Below are positions 1 through 12,400 of a stretch of 64,000 bases of DNA, piece after piece; positions within the stretch are counted from its first letter, which is position 1, and every line of letters begins with the position of its first letter. Below the pieces are notes generated by a model. That model saw only the letters and a program-made list of their open reading frames with translations. It had not been told where the DNA came from and did no database searches. This stretch comes from Octopus vulgaris (Eukaryota). The stretch lies in contig OX597817.1 of the NCBI GenBank assembly GCA_951406725.2, positions 72,788,001-72,852,000 of the forward strand, read 5' to 3'. The position numbers were made by a program, and so were the translations under genes.

Positions 1-1242
1 TGAGTCGCTGAAAGAATTTGGGAATGCATATCATATATGATGCATGAGCATCAAATATGATACACTGGATAGGCAAAGGGATGAATAAATCATCTCTTAG
101 AGGCCTGTTATTCTGGACTTTTCCTGATTTGTGGTGTGATGACATTATAAACGATATTTTTCTACATAGTAACAAAACAAAAAGGCTTTGGACTTTGTTG
201 ATAAACGTCATTTAAGAAGAAAATCTTTGCTCAATATTATTACGAATCTTTAAAACGAGTTTAGGAAAGGAATATGTCATAGCGGTAATTCGAACCGCCT
301 ACGACTTTTGCACAGACAACTCCAGGCACTCGGACACACAAGTAGCTTCCTACATTCACTGAGCAGTTTTTCTCTCCTCCCAATCAGTAATTATTAATAG
401 TGTTCATTGCATAAATAGCCAACGCCAAATATATCATGTCCAGCAATAAATATTACGGTTAAATATTCGTGAGTTTGCTTCAATTTTTATTCACTGCAAT
501 AATGCCGAGATAATGTTCATGCAACAAGATAAAGCCAATCCATTTCGACAATTTAGAGACTCAGTCGTTTGAAATACATCATCATTGACCATATCAGCTT
601 AAGCAACACACAAACTACACGACAATGTAAACTAAGATTTAATGAATGAAAACCTTATGAAACTTTTGCTTTCCTCTGCAAACGTAATCTAGTCTTTTAT
701 ATTGCAAATATTCTTTATGTCACCGATTTCGCCTTTCATATAATCAGTAAAACTCTCCCAGCATACCTTATATTTTAGAGTAGAACTGTGAAGGCCAGCA
801 ACGTGTTCCCTTTACGAATAATGAAGTAAAATATAGTTCAGAACAAGGATTTAAAAAATATATTATAAACCATCACGATCAATGGCAGTCTGGTTGTGTA
901 CATATTCAGACACACACACACACATATATCAAATACTGAGACATGAAAAGCAAATGGAAATATCTCATGCTGGAAAAGTTTAGTATTTTTATTGTCACAC
1001 ACTGAAGAAATCATTGATTCATATATATATATTCATTCAGGAATGCATAAATACCCACGCACAGACTTACATGCATTACATTACATATGACTTTACTGTC
1101 TTTCTAAATTATTCCTACTTATTGTTTACATAATTTTTTATGAAGTAGTTCAGTGGTAGAACTAACAAAGGTTACAAGTTCAATTCCTTTTGGGGGATAA
1201 AAATTTTCAAGGTGTTATAGGTGATTGATTTGAAATTTCTTA

Positions 1243-2672
1243 CTTTGGCACAAGGCCATCAATTTATTTAAGGTTGGGGACTAGTCGATTACATTAACCT
1301 CAATGCTCAACTGATATTTATTTTACCAACCCTGAAATGATGAAAGGCAAAATCAACCTCAGTAGCATTTGAACTCAAAACGTAAAGCTGGAAGAATTAA
1401 TGCTAAGCATTTTGTCTGGTGCAGTAACAATTCTACCAGTTTATTGCTTTAATAATAATAGAAAGCTTATGAATATCTAAGGTTACAGTTAGTAACCCAC
1501 TATCCACATAAATTCTAATTGGAATAAGAACAAACCTGAGTCAAATCAAAAACAGCAACAACAACAATAATAATAATAACAATGAACAGTAAAAAAAACT
1601 TATAGGATTTTTTTTTATTGGAGGAAACTAATGGAATGAAAATTTATTGGAGTGAAATAGGAGACATGTTTTCATTATACAGATTTTTTCATTAACTGAA
1701 AAATGTTCATCAATCATAATAACATGACTAGTTTGTACCATACAATTCTTTATACAAACAGCCTCAAATTAGTTGATTTAATTAAGTTTGATACTCTAAC
1801 TACATGTGGGCCAAGTGCACAAGTCTTTTAGATAATTTTCTAATTTGTGAATACTAAAAATTGTAACAACAGAAATAATGATGATGGTGATGATGATGAT
1901 GGATTTCAATTTTGGCACAGGGCAAACAATTCTGAAGATAGGGGAGTAAGTTGACATTATCAACCTCAGTATTTGACTAGTACTTCATTTTATTGACTTC
2001 CAGTAGGTTGGAAGATAAAGAGAATATTAAGAGCCAGATAATGATGATGATTTCAAATTTTGGCACAAGGCCAGCAATTCAGGGGCAGGAATAAGTTGAT
2101 TACATCAACCCTAGTGTTCAACTGATACTTATTTTATCGACCCTGAAAGGATGAAAGGCAAAGTTAACCTCAGCGGAATTTGAAATCAGAATGTAAGATG
2201 GATGAAATGCCACTGAGCATTTTCCCTGATGTGCTAAAAATTCTACCAGCTCTCTGCCTTGTAATAATAATAATAATCCTTTCTACTATAGGCACAAGGC
2301 CTGAAATTTGTGGGGAGAGAGTAAGTTGACCCTATCGACCCCAGTACTTGACTAGTGCTTAATTTATCGACCCCAAAAGGATGAAAGGCAAAATTGACCT
2401 CGGTGATGGGTGAAATACCATTAAGCATTCTGCCAGCTCTCCGCCTTATAATAATAACAATAACTTTGGCACAAAGCAAGCAATGTTGAGAGAAGGAGGG
2501 TAGCCAGTTACATAGATCTCAATAATTGAATGGAATTTTATTTTATGAACCCCTGGAAGGATGAAAGGAAAAGTTGACCTTGGTGATATTTGAACACAGA
2601 ATGTAAGGAGCCAGAACAAATATCACAAAGTAATTTTTCCAACCTTCCAACAATTCAGCCAGTCTACTGTCC
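1243..2672 (-). mobile_element. Cluster of about 5 same-orientation degenerate tRNA-derived SINE copies separated by (AAT)n/(GAT)n
   Basis: Recurrent ggcacaaggcc...tttatcgaccc.gaaaggatgaaaggcaaagttgacc...atttgaac...ttctgccagc units at about 1243, 1905, 2050, 2280 and 2463. Confidence 0.8.
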
Positions 2673-3011
2673 TAATAATGATGATGATGATGATGGTGAT
2701 GATGAGTAATATTATGTATTGCTTTATTGTTAACAACAATAATAAATAACTGTACTTTTTAAATATCTTTTCCATCTCTCTTCTCATTTTTTTTTCATCA
2801 TTGGAGGACCTTACTGTAGTAACTGAGATTAAAAGTTATCCAAAGAATCAATCAACTCCAATATACCAACTGGATTAATGGGGATATAGAGTTCTTTTTT
2901 CACAAAAATAGATATTTATATTTAATCTCTTTCACACAATCCCATTTACAATGGCTATGGTCCATAAAATAAGGTTAAGTAATCTTTCACCTCTTCATAT
3001 CACAGATAGAG

Positions 3012-3017
3012 TTTATT
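3012..3017 (-). promoter_or_regulatory. Possible polyadenylation signal AATAAA
   Basis: AATAAA 6 nt after the stop codon; the hexamer is common in this AT-rich DNA, so use is unproven. Confidence 0.2.
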
Positions 3018-3023
3018 GCTGCT

Positions 3024-3452
3024 TCAGGAGTCTTCATACACAGTGTCCACTTCCAGTGGTAATTTGTATGACATCATCCAAACACCAGAAAATATGCCAA
3101 ATGCACCCAAAGCCCATGCAGTGTAAGTGCTGCCAACTAGAAAGAGCAGAGAGTTAAGGGGCATAAGGAAGATGACCAGTTTCTCATTCAGTCGAATTTC
3201 GTCAACCCAGAGGATGCTCCACAAGACAATATAAACAGGTGTTGTGATGAAGATGATGATGAGTTCCATTGCACTTCGGATAGAGCTGCTAAGCTCAGCA
3301 GTAAACCAGATGTCACAATGAAGGAAGGTTTGAATCCAAAGTATGAATGCTACTGTGAAAATTGTGGGGACTGTCTGGTTCTTGTTGCTTAACCGCTGTA
3401 ATATGTGACGGTCTTTCTGCAGACAAATTAGAATGACGGAGACACCACAATA
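3024..3452 (-). CDS. NEF1-like terminal coding exon: YCGVSVILICLQKDRHIL...YKLPLEVDTVYEDS*
   Basis: Acceptor ttatatttgcag|TAT (phase 0); TGA at 3026-3024; within ORF 3024..3473. Confidence 0.9.
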   Translation of the reverse strand, partial: YCGVSVILICLQKDRHILQRLSNKNQTVPTIFTVAFILWIQTFLHCDIWFTAELSSSIRSAMELIIIFITTPVYIVLWSILWVDEIRLNEKLVIFLMPLNSLLFLVGSTYTAWALGAFGIFSGVWMMSYKLPLEVDTVYEDS

Positions 3453-6400
3453 CTGCAAATATAACAAGAACATTTCGTTGATAAAGAGAATATATCTATA
3501 AGAGCATTTGATTAAACATTTAGAATATGCCAGTCAAAAAGTTTGATTAATAGACAGACAGTATACATTTATAAGAACATTAACAAACAGTTAGATTACA
3601 TCTATAAGAATATCTGATTAACAAGCAGTCAGAATATGTCTAGCAGAACATTCAATTAATAAACAGTTAGAAAAGTTCTAGCTGAACATTTGATTAACAA
3701 ATGGTCAGAATATACGAAATTTGTCTCTAAAACCATTTGATTAATAAGCAGTCAAAATATTTCATTAACAAACACAGCATGAACATATCTATATCCCAAG
3801 GAGTTGTAATATCAGAAGCTATCGTTTTTTTTTTTTGTTTTGTTTCAGTCACTAGATTGCAGCCATGCTGGGGCACCACCTTGAATTTTTAGTTGAATGA
3901 ATCAACCCCAGTACTTATTTTTTTAAAACCTGGTGTTAGTAAGATGGTTAATAATTTTATGGGTGTCTGCCAAGTCAGCTGCCAGATGTTGGAATTTCAA
4001 TGTATCCATGCCCGGGGAAGTAAGGCGTTCAGAATATGGCAAATGCCTGATGGAATGTATTCTCTTGGTTGCATGTCGCTGAACGGTTTCCAGACAATTA
4101 ATATCCTGGGCAAGATAGAGGTTCCACCTCAGATAGATAGCCGGAGAGCGGCTCACAAAGGATTTGGTAAGTGATGCCAAGACACCCTCAGCCTTCTTGG
4201 CAATTTTAGCAATGTCATGGTGTAATAGTATCAAGGAATATAACTGGATGGATAGGCTGAATTTGTCAGCCATGGTTGGTAAACAGCTTAAGAGAGGAAT
4301 AATTCTGACACAAAACTTGGATATCAGGGGCCTGTAGCCCTGTCAGGTTATCCATCTAGAAAGACATTTGAGAATAAAACCTATAACCAGGAGACTCTGT
4401 TGTCACTATCTAGTTTGCTAAGACCATGACTGACAAACCCAGGGTATGAAAAGTGTGGCTAGTACTGCACACTACCTAAAAAAGTCTAGCATAACTAGAC
4501 GAGTGTGCATGTCACTGACTTTGTTTCCTCATAACTTTCTGAAAAATGGATATTGTTTTGGTGAAATTTTCCAGAAAAATGCTTCGGGCAGTGTAGATTC
4601 TGATTAAATTGGAATTTGTTGTGAAAATTTTCGTCAGAGTTTCAAATAATTCACACACCCAATTTTGCTTCCTCATAACTTTCATAAAAAAGGCTATTTT
4701 ATAGAGAACATTTTCTAGATATCTTTCAGGTAATGTAGATTATATCAGAATTTAATGTGGAAAATAAAGTTTGTGGGACACTTGGTGGCTGATAGATCAG
4801 TTGCTCATATTGTGGACACAACAACAATAATAATCTTACCCAAACATCTCTTAAGAAGCCAGTAGCAGGTGACAGCATGCAAAGAACAAGGTAAGAAACA
4901 ATGGCAGCTATATTTCCAAGAATGGGAAGTAATGGATAAGATTTATCATTTGTCTCATTGACCAATATTTCTTGCTGAAAAAGAGAAAATAGAACAAAAA
5001 TGAAAATAGTTTGTCAAAATATACTAAGTGTTATTTGAATGTGAAAGAGAGGCTACACTAGTGCAATAAACATTATTAACCACATATACTTAATGTATAT
5101 ACTTTGTGTGTTTGCCAGTTGACTTCTACTTGGTGTGGTGGAAAATACTATCTCAAAGTACTGGATGTTAAAACACCTGAAGTCATGGACAGGTGTGATA
5201 ACTCACCTCAAATCCCATCCAGGAGAAATGGACATTGATGTTTTGCCATTTTTGTGGTTTATCAACATCATTTACCCAAACTGAATTGGAGATGAATCAT
5301 ATTGCCAGTCCAAGCCTTATGTTCATATGGTGTAAAAACTATGTGCTGGTATGCCCCAACAATGCATACACAAGAATAAATTTAAATATGATATAGAAGC
5401 AGCATTAATGCAATAAACACTATTGACCACATATAATTAAAGTATATGTAGTGTGTATTTGCCAGTAGGCTGCGATTTGGCATGACAGAGAATATTCTTC
5501 AAAACATCTGAAAATCATGGACAGGTTGTTGCTATGGTGGTAGTGTTGTATAACTCCAGCTCTGTCCTGATTCAGCAGACTTATGAACAATGATGCTCCA
5601 GCCATGACTGGAGAGTAGCGTGTGTTTTAAGGGAGATTTTGTTGCTACTTCTAGCAGGTCTAGCACTCATCTAAAGGCACTGACATTCATCCAAAGTAGT
5701 GTGTGTGTGTGGCACTATAGCACAAATGTCTTGTTTTCAAAAGTTCTGAATTAAAATCTTCCACCAGATTGTAGTCACAATTCATGTTCCTAACACTAGC
5801 TTAATGATGACTAAGTTATTTTACTAAATTCTTTGTTGTATTTAAAATTAATTGAAAACAACAAGAGCATCTCAACAGAAATATGGTAACAAAAGGGTTA
5901 AGGGAACAAGCGTTTGTGGAATACTCAGCCATATACATGCTAATTAAACGAGCAGGTAATTCAGTTGGTTAAACAACTGAAACACTCTTTGTTGAAACTA
6001 ATGGAGATCGAGCAAATTAGAATTCACCTTCTCTGTTCTGGTTAGACAAAATGAAATTAGACTGCAGGTCCCTGAAAAGTGGCACACCTGACCCCATCAA
6101 AATATATCCAGTAAACAAATATTTAATTTTATTTATTTTCTTTTTGTAAAATAAAATTTATTTAGCTTATTTACCTTAACTTTGTTTCCAATGAGACGAA
6201 GTGAGATGCTGACAACACAACCAGAAAAACTTAGCACCTGCCAACATGCTCTGTAAGTCAAGTTCTCTGAAGTGATTGTAAAGTAATCAAATCCAATGAT
6301 TAAAGTACCAAAGACTGCCATACAACTACACCTGTAAGAAGAGTGATTAAGAAAATATATTAATTTCTGGAACAAATCATCATAGTAATAATTATAATTA

Positions 6401-9400
6401 CCAGCATTATAATGTCATACAAGGTCCAGTCCTTGCTGTAGTGTGGTAACTTGTATGACTCAATGAACCTGAGAGTTATGCCAACAAAATGCAAGTCAAA
6501 GGATAGAGGACAGATTAATATTGACCACCACTTCCTGGAGGTAAAAATAGGTTTACTTGGGATGATTACCTCTAGGGCCAACATTAAGAAAAAATGCAAA
6601 GTTACAGAAATATTGATAATGATTCAAAGCCAACAAGATCTGAGAGAGGAAGGCCTTCCTTCAAGGAAACAGTTAACATAGTGCAGCAAAAGCTGAAAAG
6701 AAGGTGCAAAGCCAACAATGCCTTCTGACCATTAGGATGTGGAAGAGAGGACACTCTAAAAATAGCTGAAGGTTGGAGACCAATAGTGAGCTGAAAAAGT
6801 AGAGATTGAACATAAAAGAAGCAAAAAAGACATCCCAGATTTGAGAACATAGATGTGAAAGGCTTAAGTAAGTATCATTATGGATGGAAACTGCAGGAGT
6901 GAAACAAAATGCCTGAAAGCTAGTACATGAACTGCTTTCAGTTTCTTTACAAAGCCATTCCTCTTCAGCTACACTGTTAATCCGCAAAACCATTTCTCCT
7001 CAGCAACATTGTTAATCCATGGAGAAAAAAGTGTGAACATCACACGGTTTTAAGCCCCTGTCACTAAAGTATTTGACACTAATAAATTATTTTCACTATC
7101 ATTTAAGTGTTCATGCTACAAAATTTCTTCATATAGGCATGGTTTCTATGATATTCTTATCATCAGAGAAACCCAATATTTAAAAATTGGATTCAAACAA
7201 ACTCATGTCCTCCTGCCTTTTCTTAGCTAGCCTCTAATAAATTATTACAGTGTGCTTTTTCCTAACATACATAATCCATTCTTATCACGTGTCTATTCAT
7301 TACTGGAATGCTTTTGTTTTACCATTCATTTCCACATGTCACAGGTACTTTAAAGCAATTTCTTAAATTCAGGAAAATATTCAACAGTTTCAATTCCTTG
7401 CAGGAAGATATTTAAATTCTGCAAAAGAGAGAGATTTGTCTCTGAACCCAGAAAATAATTCACCACAGGTTCAGATGCTGACCCCTCTACAATGCACACA
7501 ATCCTCCTGGATAGCCCTCAAAAGAAAGCCATTCAATTGATTGCTAAAGATTCTGTCAATCTACTTTAATCATTAGCTTGCAAATGAGCTTTCTCCTCTC
7601 TCTCCCTCCCTTCTCCTGCTTCTCTCTATCTCTTCCATAGCAGCCAATGAAAGAATCTATCATTAATTAAAAACTGTAAAGACGCAGAGGATGTCTAGAG
7701 TTATCTCCCTTACTTAGTTAAACCTGAAAACTATATTAAACTACAGCCTACATATTTCTAGCTAACTTTTCGATGCTCCCTGCATTAAATGTGTTAGCAC
7801 TAATTTAAATAAATGATAGTCTCATAAACACTATACCTGAAAACAAAAAGACGAGACGGTCAGGACTGGAATACATTTTATTATAATTCAACTGAATCAG
7901 GACTAGATAACAACTGAAGTAAAATAGCAATCAAGCTTGTGTAGCAGAGTTGGATCAAGAATTTTACAGTACTTGCACAACACACATGCTTCCATACACA
8001 GAGTGCTCTAAGCGATTCCTCAATCAGTAAAAAAGGAAATAGCAGCCAAATCTCACTCAAATTATACCTTCCATCTTAGAAAATGAAGCTGACATGTGGA
8101 ACCAGAATAATGTAGACCTAGACACATTATATCTTAAACAAAACCAAAATGATCACAGCCCGAACATATTTGATCATGGATTTACTCAATAAGGGATGAT
8201 CTTAGGTAAAACAGCAACAAATACAGAATACAATGATAAAAAATATAACAAAAAGTAGAGATGAAGTGATATTCACAATTTTCTTGAAGAACATTTAGTA
8301 TTTGCTAAACTTCTGTATTTAGTTATTTAAAGAGAAAAAAATACAACTTCCAAGCAAAGTACAGGTTGTAGAGAGAAGGAAAAAATTTCTGTGTAATACT
8401 TACAGAAAAGAAATATTCTTCTCAAAGGATTTTCCAGCAGTTCGCCATTTGACGACAGTTGTGATAAAAGAGAGGACACAACTACATATAAGGATATAGA
8501 GTAGATGTAAGCCTTCACTTAAGCTGGTTCTGATGTAAAACTGTTGATAAAACATACAGAGAAACAAGATATATTAACTTTTTAGGTTTTCAGACACTTT
8601 CATGCTTTAGAAGACAATATATTTTGCACTTTCTTCAGACTTAATTTCTCATTTTCCCAAAACAACATTTTCGCACAATATGAAATGTGTTCATTTATGT
8701 TTGTATTGTATGTATGTCTCTCTCTCATTCTGCCTTGTGCTCACACACTGCCTTGGGTCTTCCTCAGCTCTGCAGCTGATTAAGAAGCTTACTTTGCAAC
8801 CAATAGAGTCCCAAGTTCAATACCATTATGAAGCATCTTGGGCAAATGTTTTCTACCATAGCCTCAAGCTGACCAGATCCAAGATTTGTAAGTGAAGCTG
8901 GACAGATGGAAACTATTTGGAAGCCTATCTGATGGACTTTATCTGCAATTGAAAGGGTCAATTGTATCACACACTGTTACACTGATTCAACCTTAGGATT
9001 ATATTAAAGTCACAAGTGTCTGTGGAATACTCAACCACTAACTGTATAGCACAAATAAGTAGGCAGTTCAGTTTATTATATAACTGAATACTCATCAATG
9101 CAGCTCAAGTTCTAGTTTACTTTAATTGTATGTGTTTATCCGAGTATATGCGTGTATGTGTCTTATTCCCATTCCTGCTATGATCTTACCTTTTGCATGA
9201 TAACACTGTAAGTTGGACATACAGAGATGGCAGCTGATATTGACATAACGACAGCAAGTGGTAGTGGCTTGGTGTATAAAAAGAGAAGCACCATACACAG
9301 CACACTGACAATATTTCCCCACTGCAAGACAGACAGCCTGTTGTTGAAAAGTAAGAAAAAGATAAATGGCTAAGCATATATATTGGACAAAACAAAAAAA

Positions 9401-12400
9401 AAACTATTGTTGAAAAAAACAAGCAAAACAAAAAAAGTTATCAAGTACATTGATAATATATCAACAAATTTAGACTGAAAATCTCACCAAGAGAGCTTTT
9501 TTTTTAAAGAGAAGGAGTGATAAATTAAAGTATCAGTTAAGTACCAAGGTTGGTATGGTATAATCAGTTATATCTCACTCCCCACATGTGAGGTCTTATG
9601 TCTACATTAGAAATCGATATATTCAATAAATTTATGGAGGTGGCTCAGTAGGATTGAGAAATCACAAGACAAAATACATTGCAGGATTTAGTTTTACTCC
9701 ATTATGTTCTGAATTCAAATCCTGCAGAAGTAATCTTTGATTTTTTTCCTTCCAGAGGGTGATAAGATAAAATATCGATCAAGTACTTAGGTCAAGTTAT
9801 TCACCAACATCCTCTAAATTATATATACACTCCGTGGCCTTGTGCCTATGTAAGAAATTAACATACCTAACAAATTCAATTGTTTTGGCAGGGCCCAAAT
9901 TCCAATTGTTATAGTTGTAAAATGTGATGAATATAGTTGATTGAATTAAACCTAATATATTACTATTGGTATATGCTGTTGTTGCAATTGATTAATCCCA
10001 AGCCCTCTCTGACCAAAAAAACCCCACAATGCAAGTGATCAAAGAGATATGTCCATCCAAACTTTGTATGTATCAGGCACTATGCTGTCTCTGATATACA
10101 AGATCTCCAATGTACCTTCCCTTAAGTTTATAGGTGTGATTTTAGAAAGAAATTTGGCATTCAAATCTAGCAGATGAGCCACCACAGAGATTGTATCAAG
10201 GCTTACTCTTTGTCAGACTAATATCTCCAAACAGCTGTGCCATTCAAACAGAAGTCCCTTCACTGGGGTTGATAACCAATCTCTGATCCTGTTTATACTT
10301 CACACATCACTTCTGACAAACAAGCTGCACATTCTATTCCTCTTTGGGACAAATTTTTTACTCCTTATCTCCATTGTCCAACCATCAACAATTTTTTGGC
10401 CATATCTCTTCCTGTATCAAAGACATCTATCTCAACTCACTCTTCTATAAAATCATCAACCTTGGTGACTTCAATGCTCATAACCCTTCTTGACTCTCAT
10501 GTTCTTCCTATACTGATGCTGCCAGTGCAGAAATAAAATCTTCTGCAACCTTCAGATCTTTGCATCAATTAGTTTTGCAGCCTTTATGTGTTCAGACTGA
10601 CACATAACCACTCCAAATACCCTTGATCTCATTCTCATCTCCAAATCTATCACTTATCAGACTGTCTATGCAACCTGTTTCTCCAGTCTGAGTCAATAAA
10701 AATAGTTGAAATATAAATATACCTTATGACATGCCTAAATATTTGAAGCGAGTAACTATCTTTGGAGAAGTACAGATGTAAATTTGTAGATATAAGGTCT
10801 ATGTGTTTAAGAGAAAAAACCTCATCTTTGGAAAGCTGTTTTTAGATAAAATATTTTGTCAATTAGGAACAACAATGATAGATGAAAAAATATAAGAAAG
10901 GGAAAAAGGGAAGAAAAATAAAATGAAATAATGATATACATACCAACTGACTGACCAACTGGGTTGAATATAAACAATAAGGGCACCAACAAATACCAAC
11001 AAAGGGCCTGAATGGGTGACAGGGGATTTAATATCAGAGCACATAGAGAGTAGTATCATTACTGATAGACCAGTTATCATCAGTATTACACCTGTAAATA
11101 CAAGAACAATTAATTAGTTTACAGATGATATATAGTTAGAGGTTAAAATGACTTATGTTCCCTGCAATTTACCTTTTATCTGTGACTTCTCAGTCTGTTA
11201 ATAAGAGCAAAAACTTCACAAACTTCTCCAAGCTTCTTTTCACATTTGAACTATCATGCTACCAACATCCATACAAAGCAATAACAAAATATCTGCGTCT
11301 AAAACATGATGGGAGGATATGTGGACATGGAAAGGCAAGAAAATGGGACAAAATATTGAGTGGTATTCGGTTATGTTCCTTTCTGTTCTGAGTATAAATT
11401 TTGCCTTTCATCCTTCTGAGTGAATAACTATTTAGAAATAGCAGTCAAATCTCCCTCAAATTACACTTTCTTTCTTTCTGTGCCATCAAGTTGTGAATGG
11501 TGTGGTGACTTCAATGACATGAAAAGGTGGTTTCTATTGTCTTCCTCTAGGTATGTACACTTTATCCAGACCTTAATTTTTTATTCTACATATTGGTCAA
11601 AGGCATCAGATACACTGCTTTGCAAAACTTTGCTCTCAGAGTCCAGATTCTACCAACTCAATTTTGCTTTTCACCTTTTCAGGGTTGGTTGATAAATATA
11701 GTACTAGCCCATGGTGGCGAATTTGCAGAATTTGAGAGCATCAAACAGGATGCTTTATGTTATCTTTTCTAGTTCTGTGCATCCCATGTTCAGGTTCTGC
11801 CTTCTGTTATTGGAAAAACAATCATTGAGATCTGGCAAATAATGGTGGTAGATTTACAAAATCTTTTAGCAAATACTGATGAAGTATTTTGAGCTTATTG
11901 CTCTTAAAAACAATACACCAGCTGATTGAAAAAAATGTAAAAGAATTTTCAAATCCTACACAATCTCTTAATTCTCTCTCCTATCTATTGGTCATGTTGA
12001 CTTTCCTTCTAGTACACTTGCTTCTCATAAACATTCCAAATATACGAACTTCAACAGATTTAGGAAGTGATTATTTCAGTTAAACAAATCATCATCATCA
12101 TTTAATGTCTGCTTTCCATGCTGGCCTGTGTTAGATGGCTTGACTGGAACTGGTAAGCAGGAGAACTACACCAGATTCCAGTCTAAATTCAGCTTGGTTT
12201 CTCTGGTTAGATGCCCTTCCTAAGAGTGTAGTAGGTGCCTTTTATGTGTCACCAGCACAGGTGCTTTTACATGTCACTGGCACAGCTACAAATTTCTAAC
12301 ATTGGTGTTGATCTGTCACTTCTGCCAATCTATCCTCTACCATATACCTTTGATGTGGGTGGGAGCTGAAATCCATGACCATGAGAGCAAAATACAATAT

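Noticed and set aside
3470-3770. CRISPR-like regular repeats
   Set aside because: The units are contiguous and degenerate with no unique spacers, the context is a eukaryotic intron, and there are no cas genes.
5082-5555. Old direct duplication (about 5082-5205 vs 5410-5555) and ~145-bp direct repeat at about 4519-4755
   Set aside because: Highly diverged with no coding or structural signal; likely decayed transposon subrepeats or local duplication.
8327-8518. ORF-track peptide MKAYIYSISLYVVVSS... as the exon translation
   Set aside because: This frame ends in phase 1 at the donor. Only the alternative frame (FYIRTSLSEG...) fits both neighbouring exons.
9122-9431. Two Cys-rich ORFs and the acceptor at 9323-9322
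   Set aside because: Both ORFs are off-frame shadows of the exon. The 9322 acceptor is phase 0 while the upstream donor is phase 2; the acceptor at 9339-9338 fits.
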